From assembly GCA_044229145.1 (NCBI GenBank), contig JBGATO010000054.1:1-25124 (forward strand): a stretch of 25,124 nt of DNA. The letters are read 5' to 3'. Position 1 is the stretch's first letter. The number at the start of each line of letters is the position of its first letter. The DNA is from Candidatus Eiseniibacteriota bacterium. GTDB lineage: Bacteria > Eisenbacteria > RBG-16-71-46 > CAZEPH01. The translations under genes were made by a program, and so were the position numbers. Positions 11,022 to 18,575 of this stretch are shown in pieces. The notes beneath the pieces are model-generated. The model ran no database searches. It was not told the DNA's origin and saw only the letters and a list, made by a program, of their open reading frames with translations.

Positions 11022-11127
11022 GGCGAGGGTTGTCTCCGGGTGCTGTCGGGTTCGTGGGGACGAGAAGGGTTCGACGCCTCAGCGTTGCTCAGCGTTCGGT
11101 AGGTTCTTTCTCGGCCTTGTATATCGT

Positions 11128-11158
11128 TAGATCTAGATATGTAGATATCTAGATATTG
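11128..11158. repeat. AT-rich palindrome / TAGAT repeat island
   Basis: ATCTAGATAT-gtag-ATATCTAGAT inverted repeat (11131-11154); ATCTAGATAT also directly repeated at 11131 and 11147. Confidence 0.75.
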
Positions 11159-12151
11159 TCATTCTCCCAGAATGATCGACGCGACGCGATCGAGGTCATC
11201 GTCGGAGTAGAATTCGATGTGGAGCGCGCCGCGTCCGTCCGCGGGCGAGCGCTGGACCAGCACGCGCGTCGCCAGCCGTGTAGTGAGCATGTCGCGGAGC
11301 GCGCGGACCGCGGCCGGCAGGTTTGCGTCGCTGGTGGCGGCGAATCCGGCGCCGGACGCCGCCGGCGCCTTGGCGTCTCCCCCGCGCTTGGCGCGCGCAT
11401 GCGCCGAGCGGCCGGCGGAGGCGGATTCGGACAGCTGCTTCGCCTTGGCCTCTGCCTGCCGGACGCTCATCCCCTTGTCGACGACTTCGTGCGCGAGGAG
11501 GGTCATGTCGTCCGGATGCCGCAGCGAGAGAAGAGCGCGCGCGTGCCCGGCCGTCAGTCGTCCTTGATCGAGCATGGTCTTGACTGTTTGCGGTAACTGC
11601 AAGAGGCGCAGGCTGTTGGCGATCGACGACCGATCGCGCCCCACCTTCTGCGCGATCTGCTCTTGCGTCAACGCGAAGTCGTTCAACAGCTTATGATAGG
11701 CTTCCGCCTCCTCGAGCGGCGTCAGGTCCTGGCGCTGGATGTTCTCGACCAAGGCCGTTTCGAGGAGAACCTCGTCGTCGATTGCGCGCAGCTGCACAGG
11801 AACGGTGCTCAGCCCCGCCTTCTGGGCCGCGAGGAAGCGGCGTTCGCCCGCCACCACCTGGTATGTGCTCTCGCCTTCCATCGGGCGCACCAAGATAGGC
11901 TGCAGGATCCCGTGCTGGCGGATGGAGTCCGCGAGGCGCGCCAGCGCGCCTTCGTCGAAGACGCGGCGCGGCTGATCGGGATTGGCGCGCAGGAGCGCGA
12001 CCGGAAGCTCGGTTGGAGGCGCAGGTGGCTGTGCTGCAACCTGTTCCGCCTGCGCGGACGGGGCGGGAGCAACCGCGACCGGCGCGGCGCCTGCGTCCGC
12101 GACCGGAATGAGGGCCCTAAGCCCCCGCCCGAGGACTTTCTTGCTGCTCAC
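11159..12151 (-). CDS. parB: ParB/Spo0J chromosome partitioning protein
   Basis: LGRGLRAL N-terminal peptide, NPDQPRR, GILQPI, AGERR CTPase motif, [11 protein letters not shown]. Confidence 0.97.
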   Translation of the reverse strand: MSSKKVLGRGLRALIPVADAGAAPVAVAPAPSAQAEQVAAQPPAPPTELPVALLRANPDQPRRVFDEGALARLADSIRQHGILQPILVRPMEGESTYQVVAGERRFLAAQKAGLSTVPVQLRAIDDEVLLETALVENIQRQDLTPLEEAEAYHKLLNDFALTQEQIAQKVGRDRSSIANSLRLLQLPQTVKTMLDQGRLTAGHARALLSLRHPDDMTLLAHEVVDKGMSVRQAEAKAKQLSESASAGRSAHARAKRGGDAKAPAASGAGFAATSDANLPAAVRALRDMLTTRLATRVLVQRSPADGRGALHIEFYSDDDLDRVASIILGE

Positions 12152-12905
12152 GCGCGATGACCTCCTGTGCGAGGGCGAGGTAACTGGCCGCCCCCGTGCT
12201 GAACGAGTCGTAGAGCATGACGGGCTTGCCGAAGCTGGGCGCCTCGCTCAAGCGGACGTTGCGGGGAATCACGGTCGAGAACACCTGATCGCCGAAGACC
12301 GACCGCGTCTCCTGCGCCACCTGCTGCGACAAGTTAAGTCTTGCGTCGTACATGGTGAGCAGCACGCCATAGACCCGCAACCGCGCATTCAGGCTCGCCT
12401 TCACCAACTCTATCGTTTGCAACAAATTGCCCAGTCCTTCAAGGGCATAGTACTCGCACTGCGTGGCAATCATCACGCCTTCCGCTGCCGTCAGCGAATT
12501 GAGCGTGAGAAGCCCCAGCGACGGCGGCGTGTCGATCAAAATGAAGTCGTAGCGCGACTCGACAGCGGCGAGAGCCTCCGCGAGGCGCCTCTCGCGATGC
12601 TCGAGCGGGACGAGCTCCACCTCCGCACCCGTGAGCCGTGGGGCGGACGGCAGGAGGTCGAGCCCGTCGACCTCGGTTTGGACGATGACCTCGTCCGCCG
12701 TCGCCTCGCCGAGCAAGACTTCGTAGACGCATGCGACCTCGTCGCTCGGCATGATGCCGAGCCCGCTGCCCGCGTTCGCCTGAGGATCCATGTCGACGAG
12801 GAGGACCTTTCGGTCGGCCAGCGCGAGTGCGGCGGAGAGGTTCACGGCAGTCGTGGTCTTTCCCACGCCGCCCTTCTGATTTGCGATGGAGATCGTGCGT
12901 GTCAG
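12117..12905 (-). CDS. parA: ParA/Soj ATPase (probable CTG start)
   Basis: [37 protein letters not shown]; conserved region begins at CTG 12905, with GAGAGGG SD 8 nt upstream; 3' end overlaps parB start. Confidence 0.95.
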   Translation of the reverse strand: MTRTISIANQKGGVGKTTTAVNLSAALALADRKVLLVDMDPQANAGSGLGIMPSDEVACVYEVLLGEATADEVIVQTEVDGLDLLPSAPRLTGAEVELVPLEHRERRLAEALAAVESRYDFILIDTPPSLGLLTLNSLTAAEGVMIATQCEYYALEGLGNLLQTIELVKASLNARLRVYGVLLTMYDARLNLSQQVAQETRSVFGDQVFSTVIPRNVRLSEAPSFGKPVMLYDSFSTGAASYLALAQEVIAREQQESPRAGA

Positions 12906-13100
12906 AAAGCAATCCCTCTCGGGGCCCGCATGGGAACGCGCGTGACCCCTGGTTGTGCCCGTGTACTTATCTGCAAGTCGCATAGTCTTTTGTCTTGATT
13001 CTGCGCCTCGCGATCCGGGCGCGAAAATCGGATCGCATCGTCGGTTATCTGCGGCCGCCTGTCTAGTCTTTCGTAGGCGAATCTGGCTGCCGGGCGCGAG

Positions 13101-13116
13101 TGTTTCACGTGAAACA
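13101..13116. promoter_or_regulatory. parS: parS site (perfect)
   Basis: TGTTTCACGTGAAACA, exact consensus palindrome. Confidence 0.97.
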
Positions 13117-13132
13117 TTCCGCAGGCGGGGCG

Positions 13133-13141
13133 TTATCCACA
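13133..13141 (+). promoter_or_regulatory. DnaA box (perfect)
   Basis: TTATCCACA between the two parS sites. Confidence 0.8.
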
Positions 13142-13168
13142 CCCAAGGTCTCCACGGGTCCCCATGAC

Positions 13169-13184
13169 TGTTTCACGTGAAACG
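13169..13184. promoter_or_regulatory. parS: parS site (1 mismatch)
   Basis: TGTTTCACGTGAAACG. Confidence 0.93.
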
Positions 13185-13192
13185 TCCCGGCG

Positions 13193-13231
13193 AAAAGAAA
13201 AGCCGGTGGAGGCGTACGCCGTCCACCGGCT
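13193..13231 (-). terminator. Intrinsic terminator downstream of rsmG
   Basis: AGCCGGTGGA/TCCACCGGCT 10-bp stem plus inner GGC/GCC pairs, followed on the minus strand by TTTCTTTT. Confidence 0.8.
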
Positions 13232-13250
13232 GACAGTTACGCGAGATTGG

Positions 13251-14186
13251 CTACGGTCGACGCCACGCCTGCACGACGACTGGCGCGAGGGACGACTGCA
13301 CGGTATCCACGAGTTCCCAACCAGATTCTCCACCGTCACGCACTGCAGCCTCGACCTCGGAGAGTGGCACGAAGACGCGTGCGACGCCTCCGGATCGGAG
13401 CAGAGGCGCCAACAGCGGCAACACCTCTCCCGGGCGCCCCACACCTCGAGAGCTGCCGAGATCGAATCCCTTTGGCTCCGACTCCTCCGCCGCGAATGCT
13501 TCGGCACGACCGCGGAATACCTGCAATCGATCGAGGCCGAGATCCCGCGCCGAATCCGCAACGAACAGGCACTTCTTCCGCACAGACTCGACACAGCGCA
13601 CATCCCAGCCGCGCCGGGCAATGCTCGCAACAACCGCGGGCAGCCCGCCACCCGAACCGATATCCACGTACCGAAGCGACGCGTCCTCGACCCCGCGCAC
13701 GACCAGGAGACTCGGCGCTATCTGCTCACGCAGCAGCCACTCAGGATCCTCGCGGCCGACCAGCCGCATCCGCCGCGACCAGGCGAGAATGCGTGTGGCG
13801 TACTTGAGCAAATCGAGAGTCTCGCCCTCCGACACCTCGACGCCTTCCGCCGATGCCCACTCCTGGAGCCGGTCGCCCCAGTCCGCCATCGTCAACGGCT
13901 CGCGGAGGAATCGCTCATCCGACGGGGTGAGCTCGCGCAGGCTCGTCGCGGCGGCATCTCGCGGCGCAAAGCGGCGAGCCGGCCGCGCCGACCCCGCGGA
14001 GCGGCGGTAGGGGCGTTCGCCTCGAGGCCCAGGCACAGCGCGTGGTTCCGCCGCAACGCCCTCGCGCAGCCGGCCCTTGCCAACCGCGCCCTTGACGCCA
14101 CGCCCGCGCGGCCCTTCCGCCACGCGCACCTCGCCGTCGCGCGGCGCCGTACGCCGCCACCCTCCCGCACCGCGTTCCTTCTTCAC
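13251..14186 (-). CDS. rsmG: 16S rRNA m7G527 methyltransferase RsmG/GidB-like, divergent, with basic N-terminal extension
   Basis: YVDIGSGGGLP, VESVRKK, GRAE, FDLGSSRG; syntenic between jag and parA; GTG 14186 chosen for AGGAGGAGG SD (alternatives ATG 14204, ATG 13889). Confidence 0.85.
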   Translation of the reverse strand: MKKERGAGGWRRTAPRDGEVRVAEGPRGRGVKGAVGKGRLREGVAAEPRAVPGPRGERPYRRSAGSARPARRFAPRDAAATSLRELTPSDERFLREPLTMADWGDRLQEWASAEGVEVSEGETLDLLKYATRILAWSRRMRLVGREDPEWLLREQIAPSLLVVRGVEDASLRYVDIGSGGGLPAVVASIARRGWDVRCVESVRKKCLFVADSARDLGLDRLQVFRGRAEAFAAEESEPKGFDLGSSRGVGRPGEVLPLLAPLLRSGGVARVFVPLSEVEAAVRDGGESGWELVDTVQSSLAPVVVQAWRRP

Positions 14187-14218
14187 CACGCCTCCTCCTG
14201 CCATCTCACCGATGGCAA

Positions 14219-14249
14219 AGGGGGCCGCCCGCTCCCGAGCCAGCCCCCT
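14219..14249 (-). terminator. Hairpin between jag and rsmG (possible weak terminator or processing site)
   Basis: AGGGGGCT/GGCCCCCT plus GCTCG/CGGGC stem; only a short U run follows. Confidence 0.4.
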
Positions 14250-14276
14250 CGATTCGCCTAATGCATTCGTATGTCG

Positions 14277-15062
14277 CTACTTCTTGTTGGCGTCCCGCTG
14301 TTCGAGCGCCGTCTGGAATCCCGGAGGCATGTGCACGATCTGGAACGACGACTTCTTCTTCGGCTGGTCGGCCTTGATCAGATCGCGGACGCGACCGTCG
14401 CTTGGCGGCACTTCGCGCGGGGGGAACTCAGCGCGCTCGCCGCGGTCACCACGATCACCGCGGCCACGGCGCTCGCCACGGTCCCGATCGCGGTCGCGGC
14501 CTCCACGGCCGCCACGCTCTCCGCGCTCGCCTTCCCGGCGTGGTCCACGCGGCGCGTTCGCCAGCAGTTCCTCCGGGTCAACCGCGATACGCTCCGCCTC
14601 GTCCTCGAGCGCGATCACCATGCGCTTCATCTGGCCGTCGCCAAGCGAGAAGCTGGTGAGTCCACCGAGATCGCCGATGGTCTTGTGCACGACGCGGCGC
14701 TCGGATGCGGGCAGTACCTCCGTGATGTGATCGCGGCGCGTCTCTCGCACCCGCGCGGCAAGGCCCTCCGCCATCTCGACGAGCTGAAGCCGGCGGCGCT
14801 CTTGGTAATCGCCCACGTCGATCGTCACGTTATTTTTATCGTTTTTGTACTCTTTATTCACAACGCGATTCACCACGTGCTGGAGCGACGCGAGCGTCTC
14901 GCCGCGGTGGCCGATGACCACACCATCGGCCTCGCCGGCGTCCACCACGATGCGCACGCCCTCGCCGTCTTCCGGGTGCGCCGACAGTTTCGCCTCCACG
15001 CCCATGCGCTCGAGAATCGCGGCGGTCGTGTCGGCCGCGTTCTGCACTACGTTCTGATCCAT
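14277..15062 (-). CDS. jag: Jag/KhpB/EloR KH-R3H RNA-binding protein
   Basis: KH GxxG loop IGHRGETLASLQ, IDVGDY, R3H ERRVVH; directly downstream of yidC. Confidence 0.9.
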   Translation of the reverse strand: MDQNVVQNAADTTAAILERMGVEAKLSAHPEDGEGVRIVVDAGEADGVVIGHRGETLASLQHVVNRVVNKEYKNDKNNVTIDVGDYQERRRLQLVEMAEGLAARVRETRRDHITEVLPASERRVVHKTIGDLGGLTSFSLGDGQMKRMVIALEDEAERIAVDPEELLANAPRGPRREGERGERGGRGGRDRDRDRGERRGRGDRGDRGERAEFPPREVPPSDGRVRDLIKADQPKKKSSFQIVHMPPGFQTALEQRDANKK

Positions 15063-15113
15063 GCGTTCGTCCTCTCGGCGCCGGCGCCCAGAGGCGCCCG
15101 GCAGGTTCGGCGT

Positions 15114-16823
15114 CTACTTCTTGCCGCGTCCGGCGGGCGGCGACACCACGGTCACCGCCGGCTCGTGCGCGACATGCAATTTCATCATGTACTGCTGTGC
15201 GATGGTCATGACGTTGTTCACCGTCCAGTAGAGCACGAGGCCCGACGCGAGCGGATAGAAGATGAACAGCATCATCACCGGCATCATGTAGGTCATCGAG
15301 CGCTGGCGCGGGTCGGTGGGCGTCATCATCGCCTGAATGATCGACGTGACCGTCATCACCAGCGGCAACGCGTGCAGCGAGAAGGTGCCGATGGTCGCCG
15401 CAATGTCGGGCGACGACAGGTCGCTGATCCACCACACGAACGGCGCGTTGCGCAGCTCCACCGCGCTCGAGAACACGCCGTAGAGCGCGACGAACACCGG
15501 CATCTGCACCAGCATCGGCAGACAGCCCCCGAGCGGATTGACCTTGTGCTCCTTGAACAAGGCCATCGTCTCCTTGTTCAACTTTTCGGGGTTGTCCTTG
15601 TGCTTCTCCTGCAGCTGCTTGAGGAGCGGCTGGATGCGCTGCATCTCCGCCATGCTCTTGAAGCTCGATTGCGTGAGCGGGTAGAACACCACCTTGGTGA
15701 TCGCCGAGACGAGGATGATCGCCACACCATAGTTCGGGATCAGCCCGTACAGCTTGATCATGAGCCAGAGAAGGATGCGCGAGAGCGGCTGCGTCCAACT
15801 CCACCCCATGTTGGCGACGCGCTCGAGCGTCACGCCGTAGTCCTGCAATGGGTGGTAGTCGATCGGCCCGAGATACAGTTGGAAGGCGTGCGACGTCGGG
15901 GCGGTCACCAGGGCCGGGAAGTACATCGCGAAGCGCGTGACCTGCGCCGCCGCATCGCCGCTCGCGACCAAATTCGTCGACGCGCCCTTCGGCGGAATCA
16001 CCGCCGCGAGGAAGTACTTCGAGCGCACACCCGCCCACTGCACGGAGCCGCTGTGCTCCTTCGTCGGCTTCTTCGAGAAGTTGCGCGGGTGATCCTGGTG
16101 GAAATCGGCGCCGACCAGCGACACGGTGGCGAACTTCGACTCGTCCTCGCGGTGCAGGCGCTCGAGCGACGGCATCCCCGCGTCCCAGCGCAGCGCATAC
16201 TGCGGCGGTGTGCGCTGGCCGCCTGGCACGCCATTGAGTGTGACGGTGGTCTCCATCTTGTACGCCGAGGAGATGGTGTACGTCCGCTCCACACGCAGGC
16301 CCGTCGCGGTGGCCGCGACCGCATGGACGCGCTCGGCACCCGATCGCGGATCGCGGTCCATCGACAGCGCGAACGGTACGCGCGCGAGGTCCAGGGTGCG
16401 CCCGTCGAGCACGAGGCTCAGCGCAAGCGCGCCGCCGCGCCCGGTGCCGATCAGATCCACCACCGCGCCGGAACTCACGTGGAAGTTGGTCAGGCGTGCC
16501 GACGACACCACGCCACCCTCACGGGCGATCGTGACCTGCATGGAGTCGCGCGACAGCGTGAGCGTCGCCGGCCCGCCGGGCGTCAGCCAGCCGTCGGCCG
16601 TCGTGGCGGTGAGTGCGGCGCTGCTGTCCGGACGGCTCGGCACCGCGGCGGGAGACGTGCCCGCGTCCGGAGTCTTTGCGGGCGGCGCCGACGCCAGCGT
16701 CACCGCGCCCGGTACCGGCTTCGCAGGCTTCGCCGCCTGCGGGAAGAACTTCTGATACGTGAACTGCAGCCCCAGCGTGAACACCATGCACGCCAGCAGG
16801 GCGATGAAGAACCGTCTATCCAC
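15114..16823 (-). CDS. yidC: Membrane protein insertase YidC (long periplasmic-domain form)
   Basis: N-terminal TM, large soluble domain, [30 protein letters not shown]. Confidence 0.97.
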   Translation of the reverse strand: MDRRFFIALLACMVFTLGLQFTYQKFFPQAAKPAKPVPGAVTLASAPPAKTPDAGTSPAAVPSRPDSSAALTATTADGWLTPGGPATLTLSRDSMQVTIAREGGVVSSARLTNFHVSSGAVVDLIGTGRGGALALSLVLDGRTLDLARVPFALSMDRDPRSGAERVHAVAATATGLRVERTYTISSAYKMETTVTLNGVPGGQRTPPQYALRWDAGMPSLERLHREDESKFATVSLVGADFHQDHPRNFSKKPTKEHSGSVQWAGVRSKYFLAAVIPPKGASTNLVASGDAAAQVTRFAMYFPALVTAPTSHAFQLYLGPIDYHPLQDYGVTLERVANMGWSWTQPLSRILLWLMIKLYGLIPNYGVAIILVSAITKVVFYPLTQSSFKSMAEMQRIQPLLKQLQEKHKDNPEKLNKETMALFKEHKVNPLGGCLPMLVQMPVFVALYGVFSSAVELRNAPFVWWISDLSSPDIAATIGTFSLHALPLVMTVTSIIQAMMTPTDPRQRSMTYMMPVMMLFIFYPLASGLVLYWTVNNVMTIAQQYMMKLHVAHEPAVTVVSPPAGRGKK

Positions 16824-17082
16824 TCAGAGTCTCCTTGGGACGCGCTCCCGGCGACGCGGGCGTCGCGGGGACCGGGTCGTAGCCGCCGGGATGCCAGGGG
16901 TGGCACCGGGCGATGCGGGACGCGGCGAGTGCGCCGCCCCGCATGAGGCCATGCCGCGCGAAAGCCTCCGCGGCATACTGCGAACAGCTTGGGGCGAACC
17001 GGCACGCCGGTGGCAAGACCGGCGACACGAACCGGTGCCATCCGCGACACAGCGCCACCGCCACCACGCGTGGGGCGATCAT
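16816..17082 (-). CDS. yidD: Membrane protein insertion efficiency factor YidD
   Basis: ATG 17082 overlaps rnpA stop (ATGA); [28 protein letters not shown]. Confidence 0.93.
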   Translation of the reverse strand: MIAPRVVAVALCRGWHRFVSPVLPPACRFAPSCSQYAAEAFARHGLMRGGALAASRIARCHPWHPGGYDPVPATPASPGARPKETLSG

Positions 17083-17561
17083 GCGCGCGCCTCGCCGGCC
17101 GCCGGCGCGGATCGCGGCGTGGAACGCCTCCCTCGCGACCCGCCACCCTCGCGGCGTTCGGGCCGCGGCGTGTCCGGCTGATCGAGGCGGGCCAGCAAAG
17201 CGCGCATCTCGTCGGCCAACTCCACCGCGCCACGCGCATGCGCGCCCTTGCGGGCGACGCACACCAGCCACAGGTCCGCGGGGAGATCGTCGCGAATCGC
17301 GCGATACGCTTCGCGCAGGCACCGGCGCACGCGATTGCGCAGGACGGCGCCTCCCACCTTCCGGCCGGTGACGAAACCGACGTGGCGGCCGCCGTCGTCG
17401 CGACGCAGGCAGAACATCACCACCGACCGGCCATGCAGTGCGCGTCCCCGATCGTAGGCGGCGCGGAACTCGGCGCCGGCGCGCATGCGCTCCGGCGTGC
17501 GGAGGGTGCCGTGGGGTGCGAACACGGTTCGCGGCGGGCGGGAGTCCATCATGCCCAACAC
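17079..17561 (-). CDS. rnpA: Ribonuclease P protein component
   Basis: [23 protein letters not shown] (RNR motif); GGAGG SD at 17571-17567; start may be GTG 17561 or TTG 17558. Confidence 0.93.
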   Translation of the reverse strand: MLGMMDSRPPRTVFAPHGTLRTPERMRAGAEFRAAYDRGRALHGRSVVMFCLRRDDGGRHVGFVTGRKVGGAVLRNRVRRCLREAYRAIRDDLPADLWLVCVARKGAHARGAVELADEMRALLARLDQPDTPRPERREGGGSRGRRSTPRSAPAAGEARA

Positions 17562-17669
17562 GCAAACCTCCGCGTCCTCGGAAGAGGACCGGAGGCTTCG
17601 GTGGATCTCATCGCTGTCTCGGCGAAAGCCCTGGGGCGACGAGCGTGCGTCGCCATCGCGGCCGTGGAA

Positions 17670-17810
17670 CTAGCCGGAGACGGTCAGCCGCTTGCGGCCC
17701 TTGGCGCGGCGGCGGCTCAGAACGGCACGACCGTGACGGTCGGCCATGCGGGCGCGGAAGCCGTGGACCTTGGCGCGGCGCCGATTGTGGGGCTGGTACG
17801 TACGCTTCAC
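17670..17810 (-). CDS. rpmH: 50S ribosomal protein L34 (absent from ORF track)
   Basis: Manual translation, GTG start: [53 protein letters not shown]. Confidence 0.97.
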   Translation of the reverse strand: MKRTYQPHNRRRAKVHGFRARMADRHGRAVLSRRRAKGRKRLTVSG

Positions 17811-17847
17811 GACAACCTCCTGACATGGAGCAGAGCAAAGAGGCGCG

Positions 17848-17877
17848 ATAGTACCGAGCGTCGCCCTTGGGAGTCAA
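17848..17877 (-). promoter_or_regulatory. Putative sigma70 promoter of rpmH operon
   Basis: TTGACT, 18-nt spacer, TACTAT. Confidence 0.65.
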
Positions 17878-18286
17878 CCGATATCCCTCGGTGGTCGACT
17901 GGACGGCGGAGTGAGGGCCCTCGGGTGCGAACGCGGTTCGCACCGCTGAATTTCCGCCAGCGCCCTCAACGCCGGTTTCGAGGCGTCCGCATGCCACTTT
18001 CTGTCTGCCACGACGGAATCGTGGCGTCCGCATGCACTCTCCGCCGCCACCCTGCGCGGAAATCTGCATGCCGACGCGCCGAATCCCACGCGCCGCAGCG
18101 AAAGTGGCGTCCCGACGCGCCAGACCTGAACCATAGCCGGAAGCGCCTGGGCAACTGTCAGCCGCTTCGCTTCTTACACGAGTGGGGCACACTGGGACCT
18201 CACTGGAGGGCGCACCCTGTCCCATCTGAGCACTATCGATATAGGTGTTCGCAGACCGTCACTTGCGCCGCGCCACCGAATTCCCC

Positions 18287-18315
18287 TTGTCCCCGGCGAA
18301 GCCCCGCGATAGGTT
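18287..18315 (+). promoter_or_regulatory. Putative dnaA promoter
   Basis: TTGTCC, 17-nt spacer, TAGGTT. Confidence 0.45.
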
Positions 18316-18387
18316 CCGCCTCCACGCGCACGGTCTCCGCGACGCGCGGCTAAGCCAAGGCGGTACAACGCACTACACCATCGTCGA

Positions 18388-18535
18388 TGTGGATAACCTG
18401 GGGGCGGGATGCCCTCGGGGCGCCACTATCCCGCGTTCCGCCAAGGCCTTGCAACGTTATACACAGATCTCGAACACGGATGTGGAGAACTTCGCCTGTC
18501 CGTGACCAGCCTGTCCCCGAATCAGGTGTGGGAAA
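18388..18535. promoter_or_regulatory. DnaA-box cluster upstream of dnaA
   Basis: TGTGGATAA 18388-96 (perfect), TTATACACA 18457-65, TGTGGAGAA 18481-89, TGTGGGAAA 18527-35. Confidence 0.85.
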
Positions 18536-18575
18536 GGAGGCGATGAACCGCGGCCCTGCGCGGTTCTGACCCGGA

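Noticed and set aside
13164..14261. 365-aa plus-strand ORF beginning MTVSRET
   Set aside because: VSRET is simply the translated parS palindrome; the rest is antisense to rsmG
14271..16946. 891-aa plus-strand ORF
   Set aside because: Antisense shadow of jag/yidC
17572..17669. rnpB, tRNA or other known ncRNA in the rpmH-rnpA spacer
   Set aside because: Too short for RNase P RNA, no cloverleaf or recognisable conserved motifs
18387..18569. 60-aa ORF upstream of dnaA as a protein-coding gene
   Set aside because: Its ATGs derive from DnaA-box sequences (aTGTGGA) and lack an SD; only the last 8 codons are considered as a uORF
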